Shown here one piece after another: positions 22,405 through 31,322 of a DNA stretch of 64,000 nucleotides. Below the pieces are notes generated by a model that saw only the letters and a program-made list of their open reading frames with translations, did not search any database and was not told the origin of the DNA. The DNA comes from Gammaproteobacteria bacterium (GTDB lineage: Bacteria > Pseudomonadota > Gammaproteobacteria > Natronospirales > REEB76), in contig DATAHN010000085.1 of NCBI GenBank assembly GCA_036263155.1, positions 531-64,530 of the forward strand, read 5' to 3'. How positions within the stretch are numbered: the first letter of the stretch is position 1; every line of letters starts with the position of its first letter. Made by a program: the position numbers and the translations under genes.

Positions 22405-24438
22405 ATGCCGCAGAAACCGCGCGACATCCTGGTCACCTACGCCCTCACCTACGCCAATGGCCCGCTGCACCTGGGGCACATGGTGGGCAACATCCAGACC
22501 GACATCTGGGTGCGCTATCAGAACATGGCCGGCAACCGCTGCCTGTTCGTCTCGGCGGACGACGCGCATGGCACCCCCATCATGCTCAAGGCGCGCGAGC
22601 AGGGCATCACGCCCGAGCAGCTCATCGCCGGCGTGGGCGTGGACCACCAGCGGGACTTCAAGGACTTCCACGTCCACTTCGAGAACTACCACAGCACCCA
22701 TTCGGACGAGAACCGGGAGCTGTCAACGCTCATCTACAAGAACCTGCGGGACGCCAAGCCCAGCCACATCGACGTGCGCACCATCCAGCAGATGTATGAC
22801 GAGCAGGCCAAGATGTTCTTGCCGGACCGCTTCATCAAGGGCGAGTGCCCGCGCTGCGGCACCGCGGACCAGTACGGTGACTCCTGCGAGAACTGCGGCG
22901 CCACCTACTCGCCCTCGGACCTCAAGAATCCAGTGTCGGTCATCTCGGGCACCCGGCCGGTGCCGCGCGAGTCACAGCACTATTTCTTCAAGCTCGGGGA
23001 CTTCGAGAAGCTGCTGCGGGACTGGACCCGCGCGCCGGGCCACCTGCACGAGGCGGTGACCCGCAAGCTGGACGAGTGGTTCGCCGCCGGACTGCAGGAC
23101 TGGGACATCTCCCGCGACGCGCCCTACTTCGGCTTCGAGATCCCCGACGCGCCGGGCAAGTACTTCTACGTGTGGCTGGACGCGCCCATCGGCTACATGG
23201 CGAGCTTCAAGAACCTCTGCGGCAAGCGCAAGGACCTGAAGTTCGACGAGTTCTGGGGCAAGGACAGCCAGGCCGAGGTGTACCACTTCATCGGCAAGGA
23301 CATCATCTACTTCCACTCGCTGTTCTGGCCGGCGATGCTGGCCGGAGCCGGCTTCCGCACGCCCTCGGCGGTGTACGCCCACGGCTTCCTGACGGTGAAC
23401 GGCCAGAAGATGTCCAAGTCCCGCGGCACCTTCATCAAGGCGCGCACCTACCTGGACGCGGGCCTCGACCCCGAGTACCTGCGCTACTACTTTGCCGCCA
23501 AGCTCGGACCCGGCATCGACGACATCGACCTGAACCTGGACGACTTCCTGCAGCGGGTGAACTCGGACCTGGTGGGCAAGCTCGTGAACATCGCGAGCCG
23601 CTGCGCCGGCTTCATCGAGACCCACTACCAGGGCAAGCTGGCGAAGACGCTCACGGACGACGAGCTGCTGAAGAAGGCCATGGCCGCCAAGGACAGCATC
23701 GCCTCCGCCTACGAGAACCGGGAGTACTCCCGCGCCATCCGCGAGGTGATGGAGATCGCCGACCGGGTGAACGAATACATCGATGCCAAGAAACCCTGGT
23801 CACTGGCCAAGCAGCAGCCGGTGCCGGCCGAGGTGCAGCAGATCTGCAGCCTGGGTATCAACCTGTTCCGGGTGATGATGGCGTACCTGAAGCCCGTGCT
23901 GCCCGAGCTCGCGGTGAAGACCGAGGCCTTCCTCGGCGTGGCGCCCCTGAGCTGGAAAGATATCGAGCAGCCGCTGCTGGACCACAAGATCAACGCCTTC
24001 AAGCCGATGATGGCGCGGGTGGAGAAGGCCCGCATCGATTCCATGGTGGAGTCCTCGAAGGAGGACCTCGGCAAGAACAACAGCAAGGCATCCAACATGG
24101 ACCCCATCGCCGCCGAGATCAGCTACGACGACTTCGCCAAGGTGGACCTGCGCATCGTGCGCATCGCCAAGGCCGAGCACGTGGAGGGCGCGGACAAGCT
24201 GCTGCGCCTGACCTTGGACCTGGGGGACGGCACCCGCAACGTGTTCGCCGGCATCAAGAGCGCCTACGCGCCGGAGCAGCTCGAGGGCAAGCTCACGGTG
24301 ATGGTGGCGAACCTGGCGCCGCGCAAGATGAAGTTCGGCATGTCCGAGGGCATGGTGCTGGCGGCCGGCCCGGGCGGCAAGGATCTGTGGATCCTCGAAC
24401 CCCATCAGGGCGCGCAGCCTGGCATGCGGGTGAAATAA
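22405..24438 (+). CDS. metG: Methionine--tRNA ligase
   Basis: 677 aa. It has the HIGH-type motif PLHLGHMVG, the zinc knuckle [25 protein letters not shown] and a C-terminal tRNA-binding domain. Confidence 0.95.
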   Translation: MPQKPRDILVTYALTYANGPLHLGHMVGNIQTDIWVRYQNMAGNRCLFVSADDAHGTPIMLKAREQGITPEQLIAGVGVDHQRDFKDFHVHFENYHSTHSDENRELSTLIYKNLRDAKPSHIDVRTIQQMYDEQAKMFLPDRFIKGECPRCGTADQYGDSCENCGATYSPSDLKNPVSVISGTRPVPRESQHYFFKLGDFEKLLRDWTRAPGHLHEAVTRKLDEWFAAGLQDWDISRDAPYFGFEIPDAPGKYFYVWLDAPIGYMASFKNLCGKRKDLKFDEFWGKDSQAEVYHFIGKDIIYFHSLFWPAMLAGAGFRTPSAVYAHGFLTVNGQKMSKSRGTFIKARTYLDAGLDPEYLRYYFAAKLGPGIDDIDLNLDDFLQRVNSDLVGKLVNIASRCAGFIETHYQGKLAKTLTDDELLKKAMAAKDSIASAYENREYSRAIREVMEIADRVNEYIDAKKPWSLAKQQPVPAEVQQICSLGINLFRVMMAYLKPVLPELAVKTEAFLGVAPLSWKDIEQPLLDHKINAFKPMMARVEKARIDSMVESSKEDLGKNNSKASNMDPIAAEISYDDFAKVDLRIVRIAKAEHVEGADKLLRLTLDLGDGTRNVFAGIKSAYAPEQLEGKLTVMVANLAPRKMKFGMSEGMVLAAGPGGKDLWILEPHQGAQPGMRVK

Positions 24439-24443
24439 GCTCC

Positions 24444-25079
24444 GTGCAGAGCGCGCCCGCTCTCGCCGATCAGATAGACGCGCTCCTCCCCCAGACGCAG
24501 TGCCAGCGTTGCGGCTACCCCGACTGCCGAAGCTACGCCGAAGCCATATCAAGGCACGAGACCGATATCGACCGCTGCCCGCCCGGCGGCGAGGCGACCC
24601 TCGCCGCGCTCGCAGGACTCCTGCATCAACCCCCGAAACCCCTCGCAACGGATGTGGGTACGTTCGCGTCCGGCACCGTCGCGGTCATCGAAGAACCCTT
24701 CTGCATCGGCTGCACCAAGTGCATCCAGGCCTGCCCGGTGGACGCCATCACCGGCGCGGCGAAACAGATGCACACGGTGATCGAGGCGCTCTGCACCGGC
24801 TGCGGGCTGTGCCTGCCGCCCTGCCCCGTGGATTGCATCCAGCTCGAACCCGCACAGGGCGTGACGGAAGGCCTGGAAGGCTGGCAGTTCCCCATGTCCG
24901 GTAAGGAACGGGCCGATGCGCTGCGGGAGCGCTACATCATCTATAAGCGGCGCCAAACCGAGCGGAAGGCTGCGAAGGACGCGCCCGCGGAAGCGCCACT
25001 GGACCTGAAGGCTCATCACCAGGCGGAGATCGCCGCGGCAGTGGCGCGGGTGCGGGCCCGTCGGGGGCAGAAGCCATGA
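24444..25079 (+). CDS. RnfB/RsxB-like ferredoxin (soluble, no membrane anchor)
   Basis: A GTG at 24444 lies 6 nt after the metG stop. It has the RnfB-type N-terminal cluster [15 protein letters not shown]...CPPGG plus two 4Fe-4S motifs [12 protein letters not shown] and [12 protein letters not shown]. Only the last ~211 codons of track ORF 23076-25079 are considered real. Confidence 0.8.
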   Translation: MQSAPALADQIDALLPQTQCQRCGYPDCRSYAEAISRHETDIDRCPPGGEATLAALAGLLHQPPKPLATDVGTFASGTVAVIEEPFCIGCTKCIQACPVDAITGAAKQMHTVIEALCTGCGLCLPPCPVDCIQLEPAQGVTEGLEGWQFPMSGKERADALRERYIIYKRRQTERKAAKDAPAEAPLDLKAHHQAEIAAAVARVRARRGQKP

Positions 25080-25780
25080 CCCCCGCGAAGCGCCGGAAGA
25101 TCTTCGAGCGGCTAAAGGCTGCGAACCCGAAGCCCACAACGGAGCTACATTACTCCACGCCCTACGAACTCCTGGTGGCGGTGTCGCTCTCGGCCCAGGC
25201 CACGGACAAGAGCGTTAACCTCGCCACCGCCAAGCTGTTTCCTGCCGCCAACACGCCCGCAGCGATGCTGGCGCTCGGGGAGAACGGGCTCAAGGATTAC
25301 ATCAAGACCATCGGGCTCTACAACACCAAGGCCAAGAACGTGATCGCCGCCGCGCGCCTCCTGCTGGAGAGGCACGGCGGCGAGGTGCCCCGCACCCGCG
25401 AGGAGCTGGAGGCACTGCCGGGCGTGGGCCGCAAGACGGCGAACGTGGTGCTGAACACCGCCTTCGGCGAAGCCACCATCGCGGTGGATACCCACATCTT
25501 CCGGGTCGCGAATCGCACCGGCCTCGCCCCCGGCAAGAACGAGCGGCAGGTGGAGGACGGGCTCACCAAGACCACGCCGGACGAGTTCAAGCACGACGCG
25601 CACCACTGGCTGATCCTGCACGGGCGCTACGTGTGCGTGGCGCGCAAGCCCAAGTGCCCGGAGTGCGTGATCCGGGATCTCTGCGAGTACAAGCAGAAGA
25701 CCAAGCCGGAGCTGAAGGTACCGCTCAAGCTCGGCAAGCCCGTGAAGAAGAAAAGCAGGAAGAAGGTCCGCAAACCATGA
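25076..25780 (+). CDS. nth: Endonuclease III
   Basis: 234 aa. The HhH-GPD motif is [13 protein letters not shown] and the C-terminal Fe-S loop is [17 protein letters not shown]. The start overlaps the ferredoxin stop. Confidence 0.95.
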   Translation: MTPAKRRKIFERLKAANPKPTTELHYSTPYELLVAVSLSAQATDKSVNLATAKLFPAANTPAAMLALGENGLKDYIKTIGLYNTKAKNVIAAARLLLERHGGEVPRTREELEALPGVGRKTANVVLNTAFGEATIAVDTHIFRVANRTGLAPGKNERQVEDGLTKTTPDEFKHDAHHWLILHGRYVCVARKPKCPECVIRDLCEYKQKTKPELKVPLKLGKPVKKKSRKKVRKP

Positions 25781-26217
25781 GCATCCACGGCGAGAGCCGC
25801 AGCGACACGCGCCAGGCGTTCTTCGACGTCTGGAAGAAGATGCAGGCTGGCACACCCATGACGGCGCTGGAGATCCTCATCGCCGACGTGATCCGCCTGC
25901 ACCCGGAATACCACACGCTGCTGGACCAGGGGATCGAGGTGCTGGACAAGGACTGGCTGCCGGAAGGCGGCGAGACCAACCCCTTCCTGCACATGGGCAT
26001 GCACATCGCGGTCCGCGAGCAGCTCTCCATAGACCGGCCGCCCGGCATCAAGGCCGCCTACGAGGCGCTGCTGGCCAAGACCCGCGACGTGATGGGGGCG
26101 GAGCACCTGATGCTGGAATGCCTGGGAGAGACCCTGTGGCGGGCGCAGAGGAAGAACCGCATGCCGGACGAGCAGCTTTACCTTAGCCTTGTCCGGGAGC
26201 GCGCCGGACTGGCCTGA
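25777..26217 (+). CDS. DUF1841 family protein
   Basis: The ATG at 25777 overlaps the nth stop (ATGA). HPEYHTLLD...NPFLHMGMHIAVREQ is typical of DUF1841 (from memory). Confidence 0.6.
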   Translation: MSIHGESRSDTRQAFFDVWKKMQAGTPMTALEILIADVIRLHPEYHTLLDQGIEVLDKDWLPEGGETNPFLHMGMHIAVREQLSIDRPPGIKAAYEALLAKTRDVMGAEHLMLECLGETLWRAQRKNRMPDEQLYLSLVRERAGLA

Positions 26218-26220
26218 CGA

Positions 26221-26517
26221 CTATTCCGCCGGCTTGGCCAGGAGCATCAACAAGGCGACGGCGATGGGCCCCTCCGGCGCCTTGTCGATGCGTTTCCTGA
26301 AATCCTCGATGCGGCCCACGCGGTTGTTGCTGGAACTGTAGACGTCCAGCTCCTTGATGTAGGCCATGCGCCGGTTGGTGGCGTCGTAGATGTCGTTGCC
26401 GCGCAGGTAGCCCACGCGGCGGTTCACGGCGTCGAACACCGTGCTCTCGCGCGCGTAGCCCATCCGGTTCTTGTTCCGGTCGTAGAGAGCCGCTCCCTCC
26501 ATGCGGAACTCAGCCAC
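26221..26517 (-). CDS. Small protein with four tandem 16-aa repeats and a hydrophobic C-terminal tail
   Basis: 98 aa. The repeats are ALYDRNKNRMGYARES / TVFDAVNRRVGYLRGN / DIYDATNRRMAYIKEL / DVYSSSNNRVGRIEDF, followed by the tail GPIAVALLMLLAKPAE. The start lies 9 nt downstream of the DsbA-like stop. Confidence 0.6.
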   Translation of the reverse strand: MAEFRMEGAALYDRNKNRMGYARESTVFDAVNRRVGYLRGNDIYDATNRRMAYIKELDVYSSSNNRVGRIEDFRKRIDKAPEGPIAVALLMLLAKPAE

Positions 26518-26526
26518 CCACGGTCC

Positions 26527-27288
26527 TCACTGCTTGGCGCCGGCAGCGAGCTGCGCGTCGATGAGCGCCTTGAGGTCCGTGTAGGTGGCGCCGCCGATGT
26601 GGCCCTGGCTGTTCACGGCGAACGTGGGCGTGGCGTGCAGGCCCAGCGCCTCGCCGTAACCCTGGCTCAGTACCACCGCCTGGTGGGTGGAGCCGGTACG
26701 GATGCAGCTCAGGATCTTGCCGTGGTCGAGGCCCAGGCTGTCGGTATAGCCGAGGAAGGTATCCACCGCGTTCTTCGAGTCGGCCCACTCGGCCTGCTTG
26801 GCGTAGAGCAGGTCGTGCATCTGCCAGTACTGGTCCTGGTAGCCAGCGCAGCGCGCCACCTGGGCCGCCATCATGGCGTTGTGGTGCTGCTCCTCCAGCG
26901 GCATGTCGAAGAACACGAAGCGCACCTTGCCGGTGTCCACGTACTCCTTGCGCATCTGCTGGATCACGGGCTCGAAGCCTCCGCAGGCGGGGCACTGGAA
27001 GTCGGCGAACTCGCGCACCACCACCGGTGCGTTGCGGTCGCCCACCGCCATGCCCTTCTCGTCATGGCCGGTGTCGAAGGGTATCTGCACCAGGTCGAGA
27101 TTGCTGCCGGAGGCGGCCTTGGTGCGGGAGTGCATGAGCAGGACGCCGCTGTAGACGAGCGCCACGATGAGCAGGGCGATGCCGCCGACCAGCCACAGGC
27201 GCGAGCCCCCCTCGTCCTTCTCGTAGTGCTGGGCATGGACATGCACGTGTTCACGCTCATGGCCGTGTTGCTGGTGCTTCTGCTGCAT
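26527..27288 (-). CDS. DsbA-family thiol:disulfide oxidoreductase, membrane-anchored, His-rich N-terminus
   Basis: 253 aa. There are 7 His in the first 21 residues, one TM helix (LWLVGGIALLIVALVYSGVLL) and a thioredoxin fold with CPAC (EFADFQCPACGGFEP). The RBS AGGGGGA sits just upstream. Confidence 0.8.
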   Translation of the reverse strand: MQQKHQQHGHEREHVHVHAQHYEKDEGGSRLWLVGGIALLIVALVYSGVLLMHSRTKAASGSNLDLVQIPFDTGHDEKGMAVGDRNAPVVVREFADFQCPACGGFEPVIQQMRKEYVDTGKVRFVFFDMPLEEQHHNAMMAAQVARCAGYQDQYWQMHDLLYAKQAEWADSKNAVDTFLGYTDSLGLDHGKILSCIRTGSTHQAVVLSQGYGEALGLHATPTFAVNSQGHIGGATYTDLKALIDAQLAAGAKQ

Positions 27289-27658
27289 GGGATCCCCCTG
27301 GTTCTATTCAGAGTAAATCACTCTGGTATTGGACGCCCCGGCCCTATGGCCTCCACTAGACTATAGCCCGGTCCGCGATATGTCGTCTCGGCGTGGCGCC
27401 GTCCGGCCGGCCCATGTAATAAATAGCGTCCCGCGGGGTCTTTGGACCAGGGGTTACGAGGGGGTGGCGCAAAGGTGCCTCCGATCTCCCCACTAGTCCG
27501 TATCCAGTGCGGGACCGGCTTTGCCGGGACCTCCCTGTGATGGGGAACACGGGCAACTTGTCTCCCGACAGGGGATCGGGTTTTCCGGCCGGGATGGAGC
27601 AATCCGCCCCGGGTGTATCTGGGTAATGAACAACCTACTCCATAGAAGGATTGCAACC

Positions 27659-27922
27659 ATGAACACGACCAAAGTCTCCGGTATCGCCATCGCCGCCGTC
27701 GCCGCCAGCCTGTTCGTGCTGGCCCCGCTCGCCACCGCCGCCGACAGCGCCGCTGCCACCGGCAAGTGCGTGGGTGGCAACGCCTGCAAGGGCGAGAGCG
27801 CCTGCAAGTCCGCCGACCATGCCTGCAAGGGTCAGAACTCCTGCAAGGGCAAGGGCTTCACGGTGGTGACCAAGGCCGAGTGCGACAAGGCCGGCGGCAA
27901 GTTCGAAGGCGACAAGGGCTGA
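27659..27922 (+). CDS. bufA: Bufferin-type RiPP precursor, 6-Cys class (Sec signal + Cys-rich core)
   Basis: 87 aa starting at ATG 27659, with an AAGGA RBS upstream. The signal peptide ends ...LAPLATA|ADS. The core GKCVGGNACKGESACKSADHACKGQNSCKGKGFTVVTKAECDKAGGKF has 6 Cys with C-x5/6-C spacing. It lies directly upstream of the DUF692/DUF2063 genes. Confidence 0.8.
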   Translation: MNTTKVSGIAIAAVAASLFVLAPLATAADSAAATGKCVGGNACKGESACKSADHACKGQNSCKGKGFTVVTKAECDKAGGKFEGDKG

Positions 27923-27953
27923 TCAGCCCTTCCAGTCTCAAGCTTGATGTGAC

Positions 27954-27990
27954 GACCCGGCCGCTCCTTGGCGGCCGGGTCTTCCTTTTA
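27954..27990 (+). terminator. Intrinsic-terminator-like hairpin between the precursor gene and the MNIO gene
   Basis: An 11-bp stem GACCCGGCCGC/GCGGCCGGGTC with a 6-nt loop is followed by TTCCTTTTA. It lies 32 nt after the bufA stop and 19 nt before the bufB GTG. Confidence 0.55.
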
Positions 27991-28008
27991 GAGGGGTAGA
28001 ATCCCGGC

Positions 28009-28908
28009 GTGAGCAAGCAAGACCCCAAGACGCGTCCCTACCTCGGGTTCGGCCTCGGGCTGCGCACCGACCATTACGACGCGATCCTCGCCGAGAAGCC
28101 GGCCCTGGACTGGCTGGAGATCATCTCCGAGAACTACATGGTGGACGGCGGCAAGCCGCTCCACTACCTCGACCGCATCCGTGCGCTCTATCCCATGGTG
28201 ATGCACGGCGTGTCGCTGTCCATCGGCAGCGCCGACCCGCTGGATCGCGAGTATCTGAAGCGCCTGAAGGCGCTGGCGGCGCGGGTCGAACCCCAGTGGA
28301 TATCCGACCACCTGTGCTGGACCGGCGTCGCCGGAAAGAACCTGCATGACCTGATGCCCCTGCCCTACACCGAGGAAGCGGTCGCCCACGTGGCGGCGCG
28401 GGTGCGGGAGGTGCAGGACTTCCTGGGCCGGCAGATCCTGCTGGAGAACGTGTCCAGCTACGTGACCTACACCCAGTCCGCCATGAGCGAGTGGGAGTTC
28501 CTGGCGGCAGTGGCTGAGGCGGCCGACTGCCTGATATTGCTTGATGTGAACAACATCTACGTGAGCAGCCACAACCACGAGTTCGACCCGCGCGACTACC
28601 TGCGCGGTATCCCGGCGGCGCGGGTGCGCCAGTTCCACCTGGCGGGCCACACCCACAACGGCAACATCATCGTGGATACCCACGACCATCCGGTGATCGG
28701 CGACGTGTGGCAGCTCTACGCCGAGGCGTTGCGCGCCTACGGTCCGGTCTCCACCATGATCGAGCGCGATGCCGATATCCCGCCACTCGCGGAGCTGATG
28801 GCGGAACTGGACCAGGCGAGACGCATCGCAGCTCCCATCCTCAAAGGGGCGGTAGCACAAAGTGGAGTGCGGCCGCGACAGGACGTCGCGCTGGAATTGA
28901 CACCATGA
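28009..28908 (+). CDS. bufB: MNIO family (DUF692, MbnB/BufB-like) multinuclear non-heme iron oxidase
   Basis: 299 aa. DUF692 landmarks are present: [58 protein letters not shown] and IERD. Confidence 0.9.
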   Translation: MSKQDPKTRPYLGFGLGLRTDHYDAILAEKPALDWLEIISENYMVDGGKPLHYLDRIRALYPMVMHGVSLSIGSADPLDREYLKRLKALAARVEPQWISDHLCWTGVAGKNLHDLMPLPYTEEAVAHVAARVREVQDFLGRQILLENVSSYVTYTQSAMSEWEFLAAVAEAADCLILLDVNNIYVSSHNHEFDPRDYLRGIPAARVRQFHLAGHTHNGNIIVDTHDHPVIGDVWQLYAEALRAYGPVSTMIERDADIPPLAELMAELDQARRIAAPILKGAVAQSGVRPRQDVALELTP

Positions 28909-29681
28909 CGCTGCTCAAGCTCGAGCAGGATTTCAAGGACTGCATGCTCGCCAATCGCCTGGACATGGGCGGGCACGTGGTGGGCACGGCGCGAGCCTCC
29001 GCGGAGGAGCGGGTCAAGGTCTACGTGGAAGGCTATCGCCTGCGCCTGCTGGAAGTGCTGCAGGACAACTTCACGGGACTGCACGGTCTCCTGGGAGACG
29101 CGCAGTTCGATGAGATGGGCCGCGCCTACATCGACGTGCATCCTTCCACTCATCCCTCGGTGCGCTGGTTCGGACGGCAGCTCGCCGCGTTCCTGCGCGA
29201 CACTGCTCCCTACTCCGCTCACCCGCATCTCGCGGAGATGGCGGCCTTCGAGTGGGCCCAAGGGCTGGTGTTCGACTCGGCCGACATCGCTTCCCTGGAC
29301 ATGCAGGCGTTGGCGGCGGTGCCGCCCGAGGACTGGGCGCGGGTGGGCTTCGGCTTCCATCCTTCCGTGCAGCGGCTGGACCTCGCCTGGAACGTGCCCA
29401 AGCTGTGGCAGGCGCTGGAAGCGGAGGAAGTCCCACCGGAACCGGATGCTTCCAAGCCCGGCTCATGGCTGCTGTGGCGCAAGGACCTCACCACCCACTG
29501 GCGCTCCTTAGGGCCCGACGAGGCCTGGATGCTGGACGCAGCCCGTGAGGACCGGCGCTTCGGCGAGCTCTGCGAGGGTTTATGCGAATGGCACGCGGCC
29601 GATTCTGTGGCCTTGCAGGCAGCGAGCTATCTCAAACTGTGGTTGAGTGATGGTCTCGTGACTGCCGTCGTGCTGGATTGA
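28905..29681 (+). CDS. bufC: DUF2063 (MbnC/BufC-like) MNIO partner protein
   Basis: The ATG at 28905 overlaps the bufB stop (ATGA). The DUF2063-like N-terminal region is [46 protein letters not shown]. The track ORF start at 28707 was rejected. Confidence 0.8.
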   Translation: MTLLKLEQDFKDCMLANRLDMGGHVVGTARASAEERVKVYVEGYRLRLLEVLQDNFTGLHGLLGDAQFDEMGRAYIDVHPSTHPSVRWFGRQLAAFLRDTAPYSAHPHLAEMAAFEWAQGLVFDSADIASLDMQALAAVPPEDWARVGFGFHPSVQRLDLAWNVPKLWQALEAEEVPPEPDASKPGSWLLWRKDLTTHWRSLGPDEAWMLDAAREDRRFGELCEGLCEWHAADSVALQAASYLKLWLSDGLVTAVVLD

Positions 29682-30556
29682 ACCTCAAGCCCTTCGCCTT
29701 CCTCGCGCTGATCCCCGCCCTGGCCATGGCTGCCGCAACGCCAGTGCACGTGGATTTCCGGGCCACCGGACTCACGGTGACGGAACCCCAAGTGTTGAAG
29801 TGGATCGGCACGGCCGAGAAAGCCGTCACACGCTACTACGGCCGTTATCCCGTGTCGCAGGTGGACATCGAGGTACGTGCCCATGCCGGCGGCGGCGAGC
29901 CCTCCGGGACCACCTATGGCGACGCGAACGGCGCGCTCATCAGGCTGGGCATCGGCCGGGACATGACGGATGAGGAACTGCAAGCGAGCTGGGTGATGAC
30001 CCACGAGATGGTGCATCTGGCGTTCCCGCGGGTGTCGGACAACCAGCACTGGGCCGAAGAAGGCCAAGCCACCTGGCTGGAGCCCATCGCCCGCGCGCAG
30101 GTCGGCGACCTCAGCGTGGATTACCTGTGGAAGGAGACCCTGCAGGGCATGCCCAAGGGCCTGCCGCAGGCGGACGACCAGGGCCTCGACCACACCGGCA
30201 CCTGGGCGCGCACCTACTGGGGCGGCGCACTCTTCTATCTCATCGCGGACGTCACCATCCGTGAGCGTACCCACAACAAGTTCGGGCTGCAGGATGCGCT
30301 GGCGGCGGTGGTGGCAGCCGGCGGGACCGTGGAGGTCTCCTGGCCGCTGGAGCGTGCTTTCGCCGTGGGCGACAAGGCGGTGGATGTGCCGGTGCTGGAG
30401 GAACTCTACGCCGGGTGGAAGGATAAGCCGGTACCGGTGGACCTGCCGGCGCTGTGGACGAAGTTGGGCGTGGCCTTGAAGGACGGCAAGGTGGTCTACG
30501 ACGACTCGGCGCCGGACGCCGCCATAAGAAAAGCCATCACCGCGCCCCCTCCCTGA
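29678..30556 (+). CDS. Secreted HExxH (gluzincin-like) putative metallopeptidase
   Basis: The TTG at 29678 overlaps the bufC stop (TTGA). The signal peptide is [18 protein letters not shown]|AATP. The zinc motif is MTHEMVHLAFP...HWAEEGQATWLE. The next in-frame ATG would delete the signal peptide. Confidence 0.6.
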   Translation: MNLKPFAFLALIPALAMAAATPVHVDFRATGLTVTEPQVLKWIGTAEKAVTRYYGRYPVSQVDIEVRAHAGGGEPSGTTYGDANGALIRLGIGRDMTDEELQASWVMTHEMVHLAFPRVSDNQHWAEEGQATWLEPIARAQVGDLSVDYLWKETLQGMPKGLPQADDQGLDHTGTWARTYWGGALFYLIADVTIRERTHNKFGLQDALAAVVAAGGTVEVSWPLERAFAVGDKAVDVPVLEELYAGWKDKPVPVDLPALWTKLGVALKDGKVVYDDSAPDAAIRKAITAPPP

Positions 30557-30574
30557 GACGGGGCCTGCACCCCG

Positions 30575-30883
30575 TCAGCTCCGTTGCTTGAGCATGGCAT
30601 GCAGGAGCTTGCCACCCCGGTACAGCGCGAGCCCCCTCGTCCACCAGATCCGCGACGGCGTGAAGCGCAGCGCAACCGTCGCCAACAGGGTGATCAGGAC
30701 CGAGACACCCGTGGCCCGCGGATGAGCCCGCACCACGCCGGTGACGCGCAGACCCATCATCAGCGTGCCGATCGGGCCTTGCAGGTCCCGATGGATCGCT
30801 GCGAGCTCGCGGCGCTGCTGCGCAGCCTGGGCGACGAGCCGCTCGCGTCTCAGCGCCAGCTCCCGCTCTCTGGCGTCCATCAT
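30575..30883 (-). CDS. yqjK: YqjK-like protein
   Basis: The ATG at 30883 overlaps the yqjE-like stop (ATGA). The protein is 102 aa with an Arg/Gln-rich helix followed by a hydrophobic segment, as in E. coli YqjK. The longer track ORF (to 31090) was rejected. Confidence 0.5.
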   Translation of the reverse strand: MMDARERELALRRERLVAQAAQQRRELAAIHRDLQGPIGTLMMGLRVTGVVRAHPRATGVSVLITLLATVALRFTPSRIWWTRGLALYRGGKLLHAMLKQRS

Positions 30884-31320
30884 CTCCTGCCGCCGGCGGC
30901 CCCCAGCGCGGCTCCGCCCGGAGGCGCGGTGTTGAGCGCGAACCGGTCCTTGTGCAACTCCTCGAGGCTGGCGGAAAACAGGCGGGATTTCCTGCCGAGC
31001 TGGCGATACAGCAGCAAGCCGGTACCCGCACCCAGCGCGGCGTGGAAAATCACGACCCCCAGCAGGGCCGCGACCCGGTGGCCGTCCCAATTGACGGCCA
31101 CCACCAGGAAGGAAAGGAAGACCAGGGCGAGACCGGCAAAGAAAACAGTGAGGGCGCTCCAGAGCAGTATCTTCGCCAGCCGGAGGCGCTCCTCCGCCAA
31201 CTCGACCGTCAATATCTCCACACGCGTGGCGACCACCGAGATGAAGGTGGCCGCCAGCGTCCGCAGCGACCCCAACAACTCGACCGGGCCCCGGGACGCA
31301 CCCTGGCCCCCCTCGTCCAT
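30880..31320 (-). CDS. yqjE: YqjE-like membrane protein (DUF1469 / holin 3-6 family)
   Basis: 146 aa. VATRVEILTVELAEERLRL is followed by two TM helices and ...RKSRLFSASLEELHKDR, collinear with E. coli YqjE. Confidence 0.65.
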   Translation of the reverse strand: MDEGGQGASRGPVELLGSLRTLAATFISVVATRVEILTVELAEERLRLAKILLWSALTVFFAGLALVFLSFLVVAVNWDGHRVAALLGVVIFHAALGAGTGLLLYRQLGRKSRLFSASLEELHKDRFALNTAPPGGAALGAAGGRR

Positions 31321-31322
31321 GG

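Noticed and set aside
23076-24443. Upstream two-thirds of the 667-aa plus-strand ORF 23076-25079
   Set aside because: This part is out of frame within metG and Arg/Gly/Pro-rich. Only the part after the metG stop (GTG 24444 onward) shows ferredoxin motifs.
27318-27656. 112-aa minus-strand ORF (and 27521-27658, the upstream part of the plus-strand ORF) in the long dsbA-like/bufA intergenic region
   Set aside because: It is Pro/Gly/Arg-rich with no RBS and no motif. The plus-strand ORF only becomes meaningful from ATG 27659, where the signal peptide begins.
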